A stretch of DNA of 64,000 bases from Candidatus Saccharimonadales bacterium (GCA_049521895.1 JBEKOJ010000001.1:418717-482716); one strand, 5' to 3'; positions 15,923-24,111 are shown, counted from the stretch's first letter. Program-made: numbers and translations. Notes: generated by a model from the letters alone, not told the origin.

Positions 15923-16581
15923 GTACTTTGGGCGACTTGCAGAGCTATTAGCACGGCTAGCGGCACAAAGATATTATCCAGCCCCAGGCCGGTGACATTT
16001 TCTACCATGGTTAGCACGGGCGGCAACAGCAACAAAACCCAGACATAGTGGCTGAAGTTTATGAAGCTAGAGGTGTACAGCAGGCCTGCCCCTAAGATAC
16101 ACAGCGATACGAACCAAAAGGCCATAGAGCCGACAACCGTTTTGAGCTGATGAAACACTTTATACTTCCAGCGACGACCATAGCCTTGGCCTACCACTGC
16201 GGCAAAACCGTCGGCCAGCGCCATGTTTAAAACAGCCAAGGCAAAGAAGATTTTGTTAGTAGTAAGTAGCGCACAGAGCAGGATAGCTAGCGCTAGCATT
16301 ACGTCACCGTAACTTTCACGGGTGTCTTTGGTAATGCCGCGCAGGTGCAGCCATTGATAGCGACGGTTAATAAGCACGACCACCGCCATAGCCAACGCAA
16401 TAAGTTGGATAGAACGCCAGCTTATTAGCCACGGCCAGAAAGCTGCGAATGTGCCAACCGAAATGTGGGTAAACTTACGCAAGTTTTCACCCTTTAGAAT
16501 TTTGTAGCGCCACAGGATTTCGGCGATAACCAATAGTCCGAATACGCTAATCAGGCAATAAATAACCGCGAGCATTATCAA
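15919..16581 (-). CDS. polyprenol/dolichol kinase - CdsA-like membrane protein
   Basis: 220 aa, polytopic. The segment MALADGFAAVVGQGYGRR resembles the CTP-dependent kinase/cytidylyltransferase family. Confidence 0.5.
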   Translation of the reverse strand: MIMLAVIYCLISVFGLLVIAEILWRYKILKGENLRKFTHISVGTFAAFWPWLISWRSIQLIALAMAVVVLINRRYQWLHLRGITKDTRESYGDVMLALAILLCALLTTNKIFFALAVLNMALADGFAAVVGQGYGRRWKYKVFHQLKTVVGSMAFWFVSLCILGAGLLYTSSFINFSHYVWVLLLLPPVLTMVENVTGLGLDNIFVPLAVLIALQVAQST

Positions 16582-16640
16582 TATTGTAGCTTATTTGAAA
16601 AGCGGTACACTCGGGGCGGGTAGTTCATCTATCTGTTTTC

Positions 16641-16660
16641 TGCTATAATTACCCCTGTTG
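16641..16660 (+). promoter_or_regulatory. tRNA promoter module TGCTATAAT + TACCCCTGTT
   Basis: TATAAT lies at 16644-16649. Confidence 0.6.
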
Positions 16661-16674
16661 CACTTTCTGTTTAA

Positions 16675-16762
16675 GGGGAAAGGTAGTAGCGCCGATTCGG
16701 CTTTAGCCGAAGACGGATTCATTCCGGCAGGCGCGTTGAAGGAAAACCGTAGGTTGTCTTTC
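16675..16762 (+). ncRNA. R-type structured element, copy 1 (leader of tRNA-Pro CGG)
   Basis: About 88 nt homologous to 41097-41186. The two copies share identical ends (GGAAAGGTAG... and ...GGAAAACCGTAGGTTGTCTT). Two internal hairpins keep their pairing through compensatory changes. Confidence 0.55.
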
Positions 16763-16773
16763 AAAAATGGTTA

Positions 16774-16849
16774 CGGGGTGTGGCGCAGTTGGTAGCGCGC
16801 AGCGTTCGGGACGCTGAGGTCGCCGGTTCAAGTCCGGCCACCCCGACCA
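16774..16849 (+). tRNA. tRNA-Pro (anticodon CGG)
   Basis: Cloverleaf by eye. Anticodon arm is CAGCG-TTCGGGA-CGCTG. CCA is encoded. Confidence 0.9.
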
Positions 16850-16866
16850 CGTCCTAGCTAATTCCA

Positions 16867-17019
16867 GCCCCGCTAGAAATTTTGGCAATCAAGTGGCCAA
16901 AATTTAGCGGGGCCTTGCATTGCTACTCCTTTCCCCACAAAATCGTTAGCACAATTTTGCGGGGACCCCAAAAAACCGGCTCAATTCTAACCCCATTGCA
17001 TCTGAGCCATGCAATGGGG
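16867..17019 (+). repeat. three tandem CCCC...GGGG hairpins
   Basis: H1 spans 16867-16913 (about 19 bp with 1 bulge). H2 spans 16933-16964 (10 of 11 bp). H3 spans 16991-17019 (11 bp perfect). Confidence 0.8.
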
Positions 17020-17073
17020 ATCCCCAGAGAGAAGCTGTTTTACAAGAAAGGCATAAGCTGATATAAACCAAGC

Positions 17074-17889
17074 ATGCCTGGCGCGCATTTTTTTAATTCG
17101 GTGGTTATCGCGATCAAGGGGGCACTGGAGGTTGTCCGGCAATCCCTAAAGGTCATAAAAAAACATCCGGAAATTTCGTCTTACCCTTTCACGGCCTTGC
17201 TGTTTGTCTCTGTTACCTATCCGCTGATTGGAGCTTCTATTTTTGCCCGGTGGTATAACCGGATATTCAATGATGCCGGCAGTATAGCCCCACACCACTT
17301 GCGCATAATTTTAGGCCTAGTCGGTTTTTCGGCATTCTACACGGCTCTAGTCACAGCCTATTTCAGCTGTATCGTTTCGGCTGGCGTATTGGCCAAATTA
17401 GAAGGCCGGCCCACGCCACCGTTATATGGCCTGCGCAAGGTTCTGCGGCATTTCTTCAGGGTCACGCGTTTTGCTATCTTATCTGTTTTTTTCTTCCCGG
17501 TCGGTATCTACGCGCAAAGAGGGAGGTTGCCTAAGGGTTGGCTGGGTGTCTTGGGCAGCTCAATCACGCTCCATATCGCCCAGGTGGCTCCAGCAATTCT
17601 AAGTACCAGAAAAAAATTTACTGCCACGATACGTGACGCGGTGGATATTCTTGGCAAAACCTGGAAGGTGGGATTAACGCTAAAAATTGCTATGTATGTA
17701 GTGATTTTTGTGGTTGTAGCGCTGCCAAAACTAATACAACACGGTTTGTTCAAAGGCCACGTGGCCAGTAATGTGAGCTGGTTAGTCAGTCTAGAGCTAG
17801 CTGCCTCAAGCTATGTGACGCTTAAGGTAATAAACAGTTTGTTCACGACCGTCCTCTATTACCAAGCGAAAACCCAGGGAAATAACTAG
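17074..17889 (+). CDS. polytopic membrane protein, unknown function
   Basis: 271-aa ORF with several hydrophobic helices. Confidence 0.55.
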   Translation: MPGAHFFNSVVIAIKGALEVVRQSLKVIKKHPEISSYPFTALLFVSVTYPLIGASIFARWYNRIFNDAGSIAPHHLRIILGLVGFSAFYTALVTAYFSCIVSAGVLAKLEGRPTPPLYGLRKVLRHFFRVTRFAILSVFFFPVGIYAQRGRLPKGWLGVLGSSITLHIAQVAPAILSTRKKFTATIRDAVDILGKTWKVGLTLKIAMYVVIFVVVALPKLIQHGLFKGHVASNVSWLVSLELAASSYVTLKVINSLFTTVLYYQAKTQGNN

Positions 17890-17933
17890 CTGGTTTCTAC
17901 CTCTGTTTTTTGCTATAATCCGAGCGCGATGAT

Positions 17934-18010
17934 CGGGGTGTGGCGCAGTTGGCTAGCGCGCCGCGTTTGGGACGCGGAGGTCGGAGGTTCAAGTCCTCTC
18001 ACCCCGACCA
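17934..18010 (+). tRNA. tRNA-Pro (anticodon TGG)
   Basis: Cloverleaf by eye. Anticodon arm is CCGCG-TTTGGGA-CGCGG, with CCA encoded. It is preceded by TGCTATAAT at 17920-17928. Confidence 0.9.
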
Positions 18011-18021
18011 TTTTTTAGATT

Positions 18022-19536
18022 CTATTTGGCGAATTCGATGGCGCGGGTTTCGCGGATGACGTTAACCTTGATAGTACCCGGGTACTGCATAGTGGATTCA
18101 ATCTTAGTAGCGATATCGCGTGCCAGCCTAATGGCCTGCAGGTCATCAATAGCTTTAGGCTTTACGAATACACGCACTTCGCGACCGGCGCTGATGGCAT
18201 AGGCTTTTTCTATACCGTCAAAGCCCAGTGCCGTGTTTTCTAAGTCCTTCATACGCTCGGCAAAGTTTTCGGCACTAATGTTACGGGCGCCAGGCCGGGC
18301 GGCGCTAATGGCGTCACAAACACGGATGATCATCGCCTCTACGCTGGTAGCTTCCATGTCATCATGGTGCTGCTCGGCTGCCAAAGCCACGGCTTCAGGA
18401 GCGCCATATTTACGCAACATCTCACCCGAAATATGGTGATGTTTGCCCTCCAGTTTATGACTAAGAGCTTTACCGATATCGTGCACCAGCCCAGCGTATT
18501 TGGCAATCTTCACATCTGCGCCAAGCTCATCAGCCAACACACCGGCCAGTTGGGCGATCTCGGTGGAGTGTTTCAGGACGTTTTGGCCGTAGCTGGTGCG
18601 GTATTTAAGCTCACCCAGTAGTTGCAAGATTTCTTTAGGAATACCAATTACGCCCACTTCACGGGCAGCGTCTTCGCCAGCGCGCATAACGTCTTTTTGA
18701 ACCTGTTTTTGAGCTTTTTCAACTACCTCTTCGATGCGGCCCGGGTGTACACGCCCGTCTTTAAGCAACATTTCCATGGCCTGGCGGGCAATCTCACGCC
18801 GCACTGGGTCGAAGCTGGAAAGAATAACCATACCGGGTGTCTCGTCTACTAAAATATCCACGCCAGTAGCCCGCTGCAGGGCTTGGATATTGCGGCCTTC
18901 TTTGCCGATGATACGGCCTTTCATCTCTTCATCTTCCAGCTTGACGGCTGTAACTGTGCGCTCAGATGTAACCTCATTAGCCATGCGTTCCATGGCAGTT
19001 GTCAGAATTACTGCTGCTTGTTCTTCGGCTTCGTCCTTAGCATCGTTCTGCAATTTGACGACCAAACCTAGCAGATCATTTTTAATGTCACGTTCGGTCA
19101 TTTGCATTAGTTTCTCACTGGCCTCGTCTTTACTTAGCTTGGCGATTTTTTCCAACTTCTCCTGTTGTTTACCACGGATGTCACGGATTTCATTTTTGAG
19201 TGCCTCTACTTCGTCTTCAGCTTTGCGCAAGTTCTCAGAGCGCTTATCTAGCTCATCTAGTTTTTTGTCGAGTGATTCTTGGCGCTCTAGCAAGCGTTGT
19301 TCTAAGTTCTTAATTTCATCGCGGCGTTTTTGCTCATCTTTACGGGCTTCTTCGACTCGTCTGTCGGCTTCCTCACGGGCCTTACTGATAGTCTCCTCAG
19401 CCTCTTTTTTGGCTTTAGCCAACTCTTTTTTGACTTTGTCGGTCTGGGTTTTATTAAGCCGTCGATTAAAAACTGTGGCTCCGCCACCGCCCACTAATAA
19501 GCCGGCTATTGCCAGCACAATAGTTACTACTATCAT
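18022..19536 (-). CDS. rny: ribonuclease Y
   Basis: 504 aa. Has an N-terminal TM helix, a long charged coiled coil, a KH domain (GRIIGKEGRNI) and an HD domain (HDIGKA). Confidence 0.95.
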   Translation of the reverse strand: MIVVTIVLAIAGLLVGGGGATVFNRRLNKTQTDKVKKELAKAKKEAEETISKAREEADRRVEEARKDEQKRRDEIKNLEQRLLERQESLDKKLDELDKRSENLRKAEDEVEALKNEIRDIRGKQQEKLEKIAKLSKDEASEKLMQMTERDIKNDLLGLVVKLQNDAKDEAEEQAAVILTTAMERMANEVTSERTVTAVKLEDEEMKGRIIGKEGRNIQALQRATGVDILVDETPGMVILSSFDPVRREIARQAMEMLLKDGRVHPGRIEEVVEKAQKQVQKDVMRAGEDAAREVGVIGIPKEILQLLGELKYRTSYGQNVLKHSTEIAQLAGVLADELGADVKIAKYAGLVHDIGKALSHKLEGKHHHISGEMLRKYGAPEAVALAAEQHHDDMEATSVEAMIIRVCDAISAARPGARNISAENFAERMKDLENTALGFDGIEKAYAISAGREVRVFVKPKAIDDLQAIRLARDIATKIESTMQYPGTIKVNVIRETRAIEFAK

Positions 19537-19713
19537 CTTTTACCCCTTTCTAAGGGCAGCCGGACCGGCGAGTTACTTATGCGTCACTATCACTTCTTTA
19601 GCTAGTTCCTCGGCCGGTCAGTATGCTATCAAATAATTTATGTGTCCGAATAAGGACTCTCCCAAAACAGAAAATCCTACCTAGATAATATCACAATTTT
19701 ACGTTTCGCTTAT

Positions 19714-20097
19714 TTATTTGCTCGGGGGTGGCGTAGCAGCTGGGGCACCGTATTTGGGCAGCGCGAGACGGTCACTCAGACCAGCGCTTAGGGCCTGAAG
19801 GCCTTTGTTAACCCAATCCTCGCCAGCAGTAGCAACAATTGGGATATCATAGCTGTACGCCAGAGCATTAGCGACTGTCAGGCCGATGCGCAGCCCGGTA
19901 AAACTGCCTGGGCCTTTAAAGCACACTATGCCCTCAAGCTGGTCTATGGAAATACTTAACTTGTTAAGTATTTCCTGAATCTTAATATGAATAGTCGCAG
20001 CCAGTTGGCGGTCGGCTGGCCATGCTATATATGCCAATTGCTGGTCGCCATCGTAAATTCCTAGCTCGGCCCCAGGACTATCGGTTTTTAGTGTCAA
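19714..20097 (-). CDS. tsaB: tRNA t6A biosynthesis protein TsaB (short form)
   Basis: 127 aa. Carries the GPGSFTGLRIG motif and sits directly downstream of tsaE. Confidence 0.75.
   Translation of the reverse strand: MTLKTDSPGAELGIYDGDQQLAYIAWPADRQLAATIHIKIQEILNKLSISIDQLEGIVCFKGPGSFTGLRIGLTVANALAYSYDIPIVATAGEDWVNKGLQALSAGLSDRLALPKYGAPAATPPPSK
19950..19973. repeat. hairpin palindrome copy 2 (AAATACTTAAC-TT-GTTAAGTATTT), inside tsaB
   Basis: 11-2-11 dyad read directly from the sequence. It encodes EILNKLSIS. Confidence 0.95.
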
Positions 20098-20102
20098 GAC
20101 TC

Positions 20103-20588
20103 TTATGGTTCAACTCCTTCGAAACGAGCTCGCAGCTGCTCAATCAAACCAGCCAACGATTGCGGGTAAGTTATCTCTACCGCTCTTTCATCGGGACTAT
20201 CTGGCACAGGCTTGAGTCCAACGACCATACGGCTATCCGGCAATACACCGCGCACGATATCACTCCATTCCACCACTGTAATTACCCGGCTTTTTTGCAG
20301 TGACTCTTTCAGCTGGTCAGACACCACGCCGGGCTGGCTCAAGCGGTAAAAATCAAAGTGGTGAATCTCCAGACTTTTAGCCTTGTAGATTTTGCTGAGC
20401 GTGAAAGTCGGGCTGGCAACTTTATCATCGCTGCCCAAACCCCGAGCCAGTCCGCGTACAAAGGTCGTTTTGCCGCCGCCCAGATCAGAGCGCAATTCTA
20501 GGAGTATTGGCGGACTCAGTAGTCTGCCCAGCTGCTCGCCTAGCCTCTCGGTATCGGCGGAAGTGGTAGAGCGCAGCTGCCAAATCAT
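20103..20588 (-). CDS. tsaE: tRNA t6A biosynthesis ATPase TsaE
   Basis: Contains the P-loop SDLGGGKTTFVRGLARGLG. I chose the start at the MIWQL Met; the ORF could begin at 20609. Confidence 0.8.
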   Translation of the reverse strand: MIWQLRSTTSADTERLGEQLGRLLSPPILLELRSDLGGGKTTFVRGLARGLGSDDKVASPTFTLSKIYKAKSLEIHHFDFYRLSQPGVVSDQLKESLQKSRVITVVEWSDIVRGVLPDSRMVVGLKPVPDSPDERAVEITYPQSLAGLIEQLRARFEGVEP

Positions 20589-21876
20589 GTCGGTACTCAT
20601 ATAATGCATATATTACGGCTAGGCCTCCCACGCCGGCAAGTATCGCCGGGTGCAAACTGCCGGATGTTGATGTACCAGCCGTGCTGGAATTCCCTCCTGA
20701 TGAGTTACCGGTACTTATGCCCAGAACAGTCGTACTGTTTGATTTGGTGCTGGAGTTTTTGGCAGCCGGCGGCGCACTGATGACATTTTTGGCGCCGGGG
20801 GTGGCAGCGGTTGTCCATTGCCACAGGCCATCGGCATAAACCCAGGCATAGCCGTCCTTGGCTTTAGTGTAAACATCTGATTGCTCGAGGGTATTGCCCG
20901 AAGGATCAAGAAGCATTACCTGACCACCATTGTTGCTGAGGCTTAACCCGGTTTCTGAAGAATAATATACCCCGAACTGTAGCGGCTGCAGCATAGTGCC
21001 GGCAGGAAAAGTGTATTTATGGGTGGTGCTGATACCGACTTGGATCATAAAACCACTGAGATCGAACGGATGGTTGTTGGAGTTATAAAGCTCAACAAAC
21101 TCATCGTCGGCATCAGTCTGCGGTGGCGCCGGATTGGGTAGGATTTCGGACAGTCGCGGCGCGGCTAGACCAACATCGTCGGCAGGCAGCCCGGCATCTG
21201 AAGAGTTGCCGGTAACGCCTACAACACTAGGCACAGCGCCGCCGGCCTGTTCCAAGCCGGTGGACACGCTGCCGCCGGTACTGACGTCAAGCTGGCAGGC
21301 GTTGTTGCTGTCCAAATCAGCCAGCTGCCACTTATAAATGCCGCCGTTGGCGTAACGATAGTACATGCCTTTGGGGTCCTTACTGCTGGAGGGTACATTT
21401 TGAATCTGGCCGTTAGTGGCAGAAGACCACGATAAGGCGTCAACCGGTGTTTGCGATACGCCCAAGCTGCCCAGGCCAGTTTGTACTATTTGCAAAAATC
21501 CGGCAGTGTCGCCCAAGTTAACAGACAGTTTGCCAGTTGCTACCGCGCCGCAAGTATTCATCCCAACCGAACTGAGCAGAATGGTTTGGCCAATTGCCAG
21601 CTTGACGGCCGGTAGTTGCTGCGAAGACTTACTGACTCCAATATCCAGTGGATTATAACTGTTAAATTCATCCAGCCAATAGCTGCTGAGGTCGGCGATG
21701 TCTTTATCGCTATTGTTTTGTAGAACTAGAAATTCATCACCGGTGATTTTAATTTCTGCAACAGCTAGGGTGGGTGGCACCGCCATCATAGATGGCCCAG
21801 CAGCTAATGTCAGCGGCTGGACAGCCATAATTAGCCAGGTAAGCATAAGAAATACTACTATAAAATATTTCTTCAT
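20485..21876 (-). CDS. secreted/anchored protein with two lamin-tail-like domains and a C-terminal TM helix
   Basis: 463 aa with a signal-like N-terminus. LSEILPNPAPPQTDADDEFVELYN and AEIKITGDEFLVLQN are LTD-type motifs. The 3' end overlaps tsaE by about 100 nt in another frame. Confidence 0.7.
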   Translation of the reverse strand: MKKYFIVVFLMLTWLIMAVQPLTLAAGPSMMAVPPTLAVAEIKITGDEFLVLQNNSDKDIADLSSYWLDEFNSYNPLDIGVSKSSQQLPAVKLAIGQTILLSSVGMNTCGAVATGKLSVNLGDTAGFLQIVQTGLGSLGVSQTPVDALSWSSATNGQIQNVPSSSKDPKGMYYRYANGGIYKWQLADLDSNNACQLDVSTGGSVSTGLEQAGGAVPSVVGVTGNSSDAGLPADDVGLAAPRLSEILPNPAPPQTDADDEFVELYNSNNHPFDLSGFMIQVGISTTHKYTFPAGTMLQPLQFGVYYSSETGLSLSNNGGQVMLLDPSGNTLEQSDVYTKAKDGYAWVYADGLWQWTTAATPGAKNVISAPPAAKNSSTKSNSTTVLGISTGNSSGGNSSTAGTSTSGSLHPAILAGVGGLAVIYALYEYRHDLAAALYHFRRYREARRAAGQTTESANTPRIAL

Positions 21877-21978
21877 ATGCTCAAATTAGGCACTTATACC
21901 CGCACTTACAGTAAACAGATTATACCTTATCTCCCCAAAGTCCTTGACGACTTAGGGTACTTGGTGTACCATGACTTT

Positions 21979-22359
21979 ATGATTAATGGGATGAATGAAA
22001 AGCAAGCGAGGGAAGCGCTTAAGCGCCTGTTTAACGGTGTGAACGGCAATCAGATAACCCGCAAACAAATACTGGATAAAATCAGCTATAAGACCCTGAC
22101 AAACTACAGCCCCGCTCTAGTAGGCTATGGGTTGTGGACTCCTAAGAGAAGTGGCCGCAAGTATACGTCTTGGGAATTGACCGATAAGGGTAAGGAGGTG
22201 CTAGTTCTAGGCGCCCCGACCATACCAGAACAACAGACGCTAGTCCCCCGAGTAACTTCTGACTCCGATATCTACGCTGAGGCTATCCGTATCACCAATG
22301 AGTTCAATGACCGCTACAAGGCCGGTAAACACGAATGGAGGTTAGTAGAGAAAGGATAA
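21979..22359 (+). CDS. hypothetical IS passenger protein (possible winged-helix DNA binding)
   Basis: The ORF-track start at 21877 lies outside the IS boundary, so I start at the first internal Met. The protein is basic and helix-rich with no firm motif. Confidence 0.45.
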   Translation: MINGMNEKQAREALKRLFNGVNGNQITRKQILDKISYKTLTNYSPALVGYGLWTPKRSGRKYTSWELTDKGKEVLVLGAPTIPEQQTLVPRVTSDSDIYAEAIRITNEFNDRYKAGKHEWRLVEKG

Positions 22360-22377
22360 GCTGTTAATGCTCATTGC

Positions 22378-22547
22378 CCTGAACAGGCCTAAACGGGGAG
22401 AATCACCTTGAGAAAGTGCCCCAAACCTGTTCAGGACAGTGCGCACTAGCGATAGCGTACAGGTGGGGTGATACGGGAGGTCTCCGTAAATCCACGTGGT
22501 GGTGACTAGGCTGGCCAAGCTGAAACCCCGTATCCGCCCATCTGTAC
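22378..22547. ncRNA. strongly structured non-coding segment inside the IS
   Basis: A perfect 10-bp stem joins CCTGAACAGG (22378-22387) and CCTGTTCAGG (22426-22435). A second 21-position stem (18 Watson-Crick pairs, 1 G-U and 2 mismatches) joins 22457-22477 and 22527-22547. No ORF is present. Confidence 0.45.
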
Positions 22548-22585
22548 ACTATCAAGCTTATTTTAACTTTTTAATTCCTAATTGT

Positions 22586-22624
22586 CAACAGCTATCTCTG
22601 TTGATTACGCTGTACTGCTATAAT
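22586..22624 (+). promoter_or_regulatory. internal promoter TGCTATAAT preceded by dyad CAACAG-N6-CTGTTG
   Basis: The dyad spans 22586-22603. TATAAT lies at 22619-22624, followed by AAGGAG and a GTG start. Confidence 0.45.
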
Positions 22625-22646
22625 AATAGCATAAGGAGCAAGCCTC

Positions 22647-22766
22647 GTGCCCAAAAAAGACAACCCAATCCCTTCTACAACCAAAAATGAGTTTTTTAGG
22701 GTATTAAAAAAGGTTAGTCGCAAGACAAAGCAGAAACCCAAAGAAGCATCACCGAAAGCGCATTAA
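22647..22766 (+). CDS. possible 39-aa lysine-rich micro-protein
   Basis: GTG start 8 nt after AAGGAG. The peptide is VPKKDNPIPSTTKNEFFRVLKKVSRKTKQKPKEASPKAH. It is not in the ORF track because it is below the size cutoff. Confidence 0.3.
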   Translation: MPKKDNPIPSTTKNEFFRVLKKVSRKTKQKPKEASPKAH

Positions 22767-23230
22767 TGAATCCGGCGGTCTATTAATATCTGTAGTGTTT
22801 TAATCACACCCTCTATAATTGCCAAGATAGCGCCGCCAACTACCGCACCTGTATAGAATCGTTGAGATCTACCGTACGCTTTCAAAGAATCATCTACTAA
22901 ACCAGCGGGGTATATAAAAAACTTCTTACCTATAAAGTGGCGGCCTTTAATAGAAGTTACATATAAAGTCCAGTTACTACTAAGCCAATCTATGTATCCG
23001 TGTTCCTTAGATGCAACTAATATTGCGGCAACAGTACTCTCGCTTGGTTTTCTGAGTTTCCGAGATTTTATGTAGTCTTGAGTGAGGGCGAGCAATGCCT
23101 CGTTTTGTGCCTTGAAGGTTTGGGTGTGAGAAAGTATCTCGTACCTATTAGAATCTATGTACCTTACTAACTTGTACATATCTTTCATCTCTGCCATACG
23201 CTGAATTATACCTCTTGTCTGCGCAATCAT
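22763..23230 (-). CDS. hypothetical IS passenger protein with C-terminal hydrophobic helix
   Basis: 155 aa. Its start overlaps the transposase stop by 4 nt (ATGA), implying co-translation with the transposase. Confidence 0.55.
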   Translation of the reverse strand: MIAQTRGIIQRMAEMKDMYKLVRYIDSNRYEILSHTQTFKAQNEALLALTQDYIKSRKLRKPSESTVAAILVASKEHGYIDWLSSNWTLYVTSIKGRHFIGKKFFIYPAGLVDDSLKAYGRSQRFYTGAVVGGAILAIIEGVIKTLQILIDRRIH

Positions 23231-24111
23231 GTCTTACTCCGTGCAGATATGCTTACCTTGTCCATCAAAGCCCAAAACATAGGCTGAAAATCGTTTCTAT
23301 GGCTCTGCCTAAATGCATATTCGTTCACGTAGTTTTGTAAATGCTGAGAGCTAACGTGTCTATATACGCCCCGCATTCCACGCTTCATGTTACCCCAAAA
23401 GTTCTCAATGTTTTGGGTGTGAGTATCACCATCAACGTAATGCCTTTTGCCATGCTGGATAGTCTCATGGTAATAGCCTTTTTTATAAAGGCGTTTGTAG
23501 GAGCGGTGCTCATCAGAATAGATGGTAGACTCTCGCTGGATGTTCTCTTCAACTTCCCGTAATAACACTAACTCACCAGCAGACTTAACGTGCTTGGCTC
23601 TGACTACTCCGCCACGCTCGGCCATACCAAAGACCACAGGATTATCCTTCCTTGACTTATGAGGCTTACGAATGGTAGAGCGCTTTAGCGGGTCGGCGTG
23701 CATATAAGTTTCATCAATCTCAATTTCACCGTATAATCGCTCGCCATCATCACTCATCATAGATCTAATCTGGTGAAACATCCGCCACGCGGTTTTGTAA
23801 GTTACCCCTGTTTCACGCTCTAACTGTTTGGCTGAGATTCCGGCTCTAGTAGCGGCCATAATGAATATAGCCTCAAACCATATAGTTAAAGGTGTACTAG
23901 ATTTGTGGAAGATGGTATTTGCAGTAGGAGATGTAGAACCACCACAGTATTCGCAAGCATAAACTTTCATACTCCTTCGTTTGTGGTGAGGAGTTATCTT
24001 CTCACACTTCTTGCAAGTTATGCCCTCTGGGTACAGATATTCTTTCAACCATTCCAGACAAGCATCCTCATTTGGGAAATCTATCTTTAACTGTTGTCGT
24101 GTATATTTCAT
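23227..24111 (-). CDS. IS1595-family (ISXO2-like) DDE transposase
   Basis: 294 aa. Has an N-terminal Cys-rich zinc ribbon (CKKCE...CEYCG), an HTH (GISAKQLERETGVTYKTAWRM), EIDETY and DEHRSY acidic motifs. Confidence 0.9.
   Translation of the reverse strand: MKYTRQQLKIDFPNEDACLEWLKEYLYPEGITCKKCEKITPHHKRRSMKVYACEYCGGSTSPTANTIFHKSSTPLTIWFEAIFIMAATRAGISAKQLERETGVTYKTAWRMFHQIRSMMSDDGERLYGEIEIDETYMHADPLKRSTIRKPHKSRKDNPVVFGMAERGGVVRAKHVKSAGELVLLREVEENIQRESTIYSDEHRSYKRLYKKGYYHETIQHGKRHYVDGDTHTQNIENFWGNMKRGMRGVYRHVSSQHLQNYVNEYAFRQSHRNDFQPMFWALMDKVSISARSKT

Noticed and set aside
16675-16762. Calling the R-type elements degenerate or pseudo tRNA genes.
   Set aside because: A T-arm-like hairpin and a D-arm-like segment exist. 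However, there is no acceptor stem, the central hairpin has a 3-4 nt loop (no anticodon loop), and both copies preserve non-tRNA ends. I report them as a structured RNA family instead.
16867-17019. Possible CRISPR array, based on the tandem hairpins here, the 28-mer repeats at 56507/57660 and the palindrome family.
   Set aside because: The repeats are not regularly spaced with short unique spacers, the repeat sequences differ between the hairpins, and there are no cas genes. This is not a CRISPR array.
18734-19636. 300-aa ORF on the + strand antisense to rny. Similar long antisense ORFs lie inside recA (27124-27651), ftsH (41794-42579), dnaJ (61201-62112), the pilin genes (30693-31157) and others.
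   Set aside because: Each lies entirely within a gene that has clear family motifs on the opposite strand. Their translations are low-complexity (Ser/Arg/Ala-rich) with no motifs. They are typical shadow ORFs.
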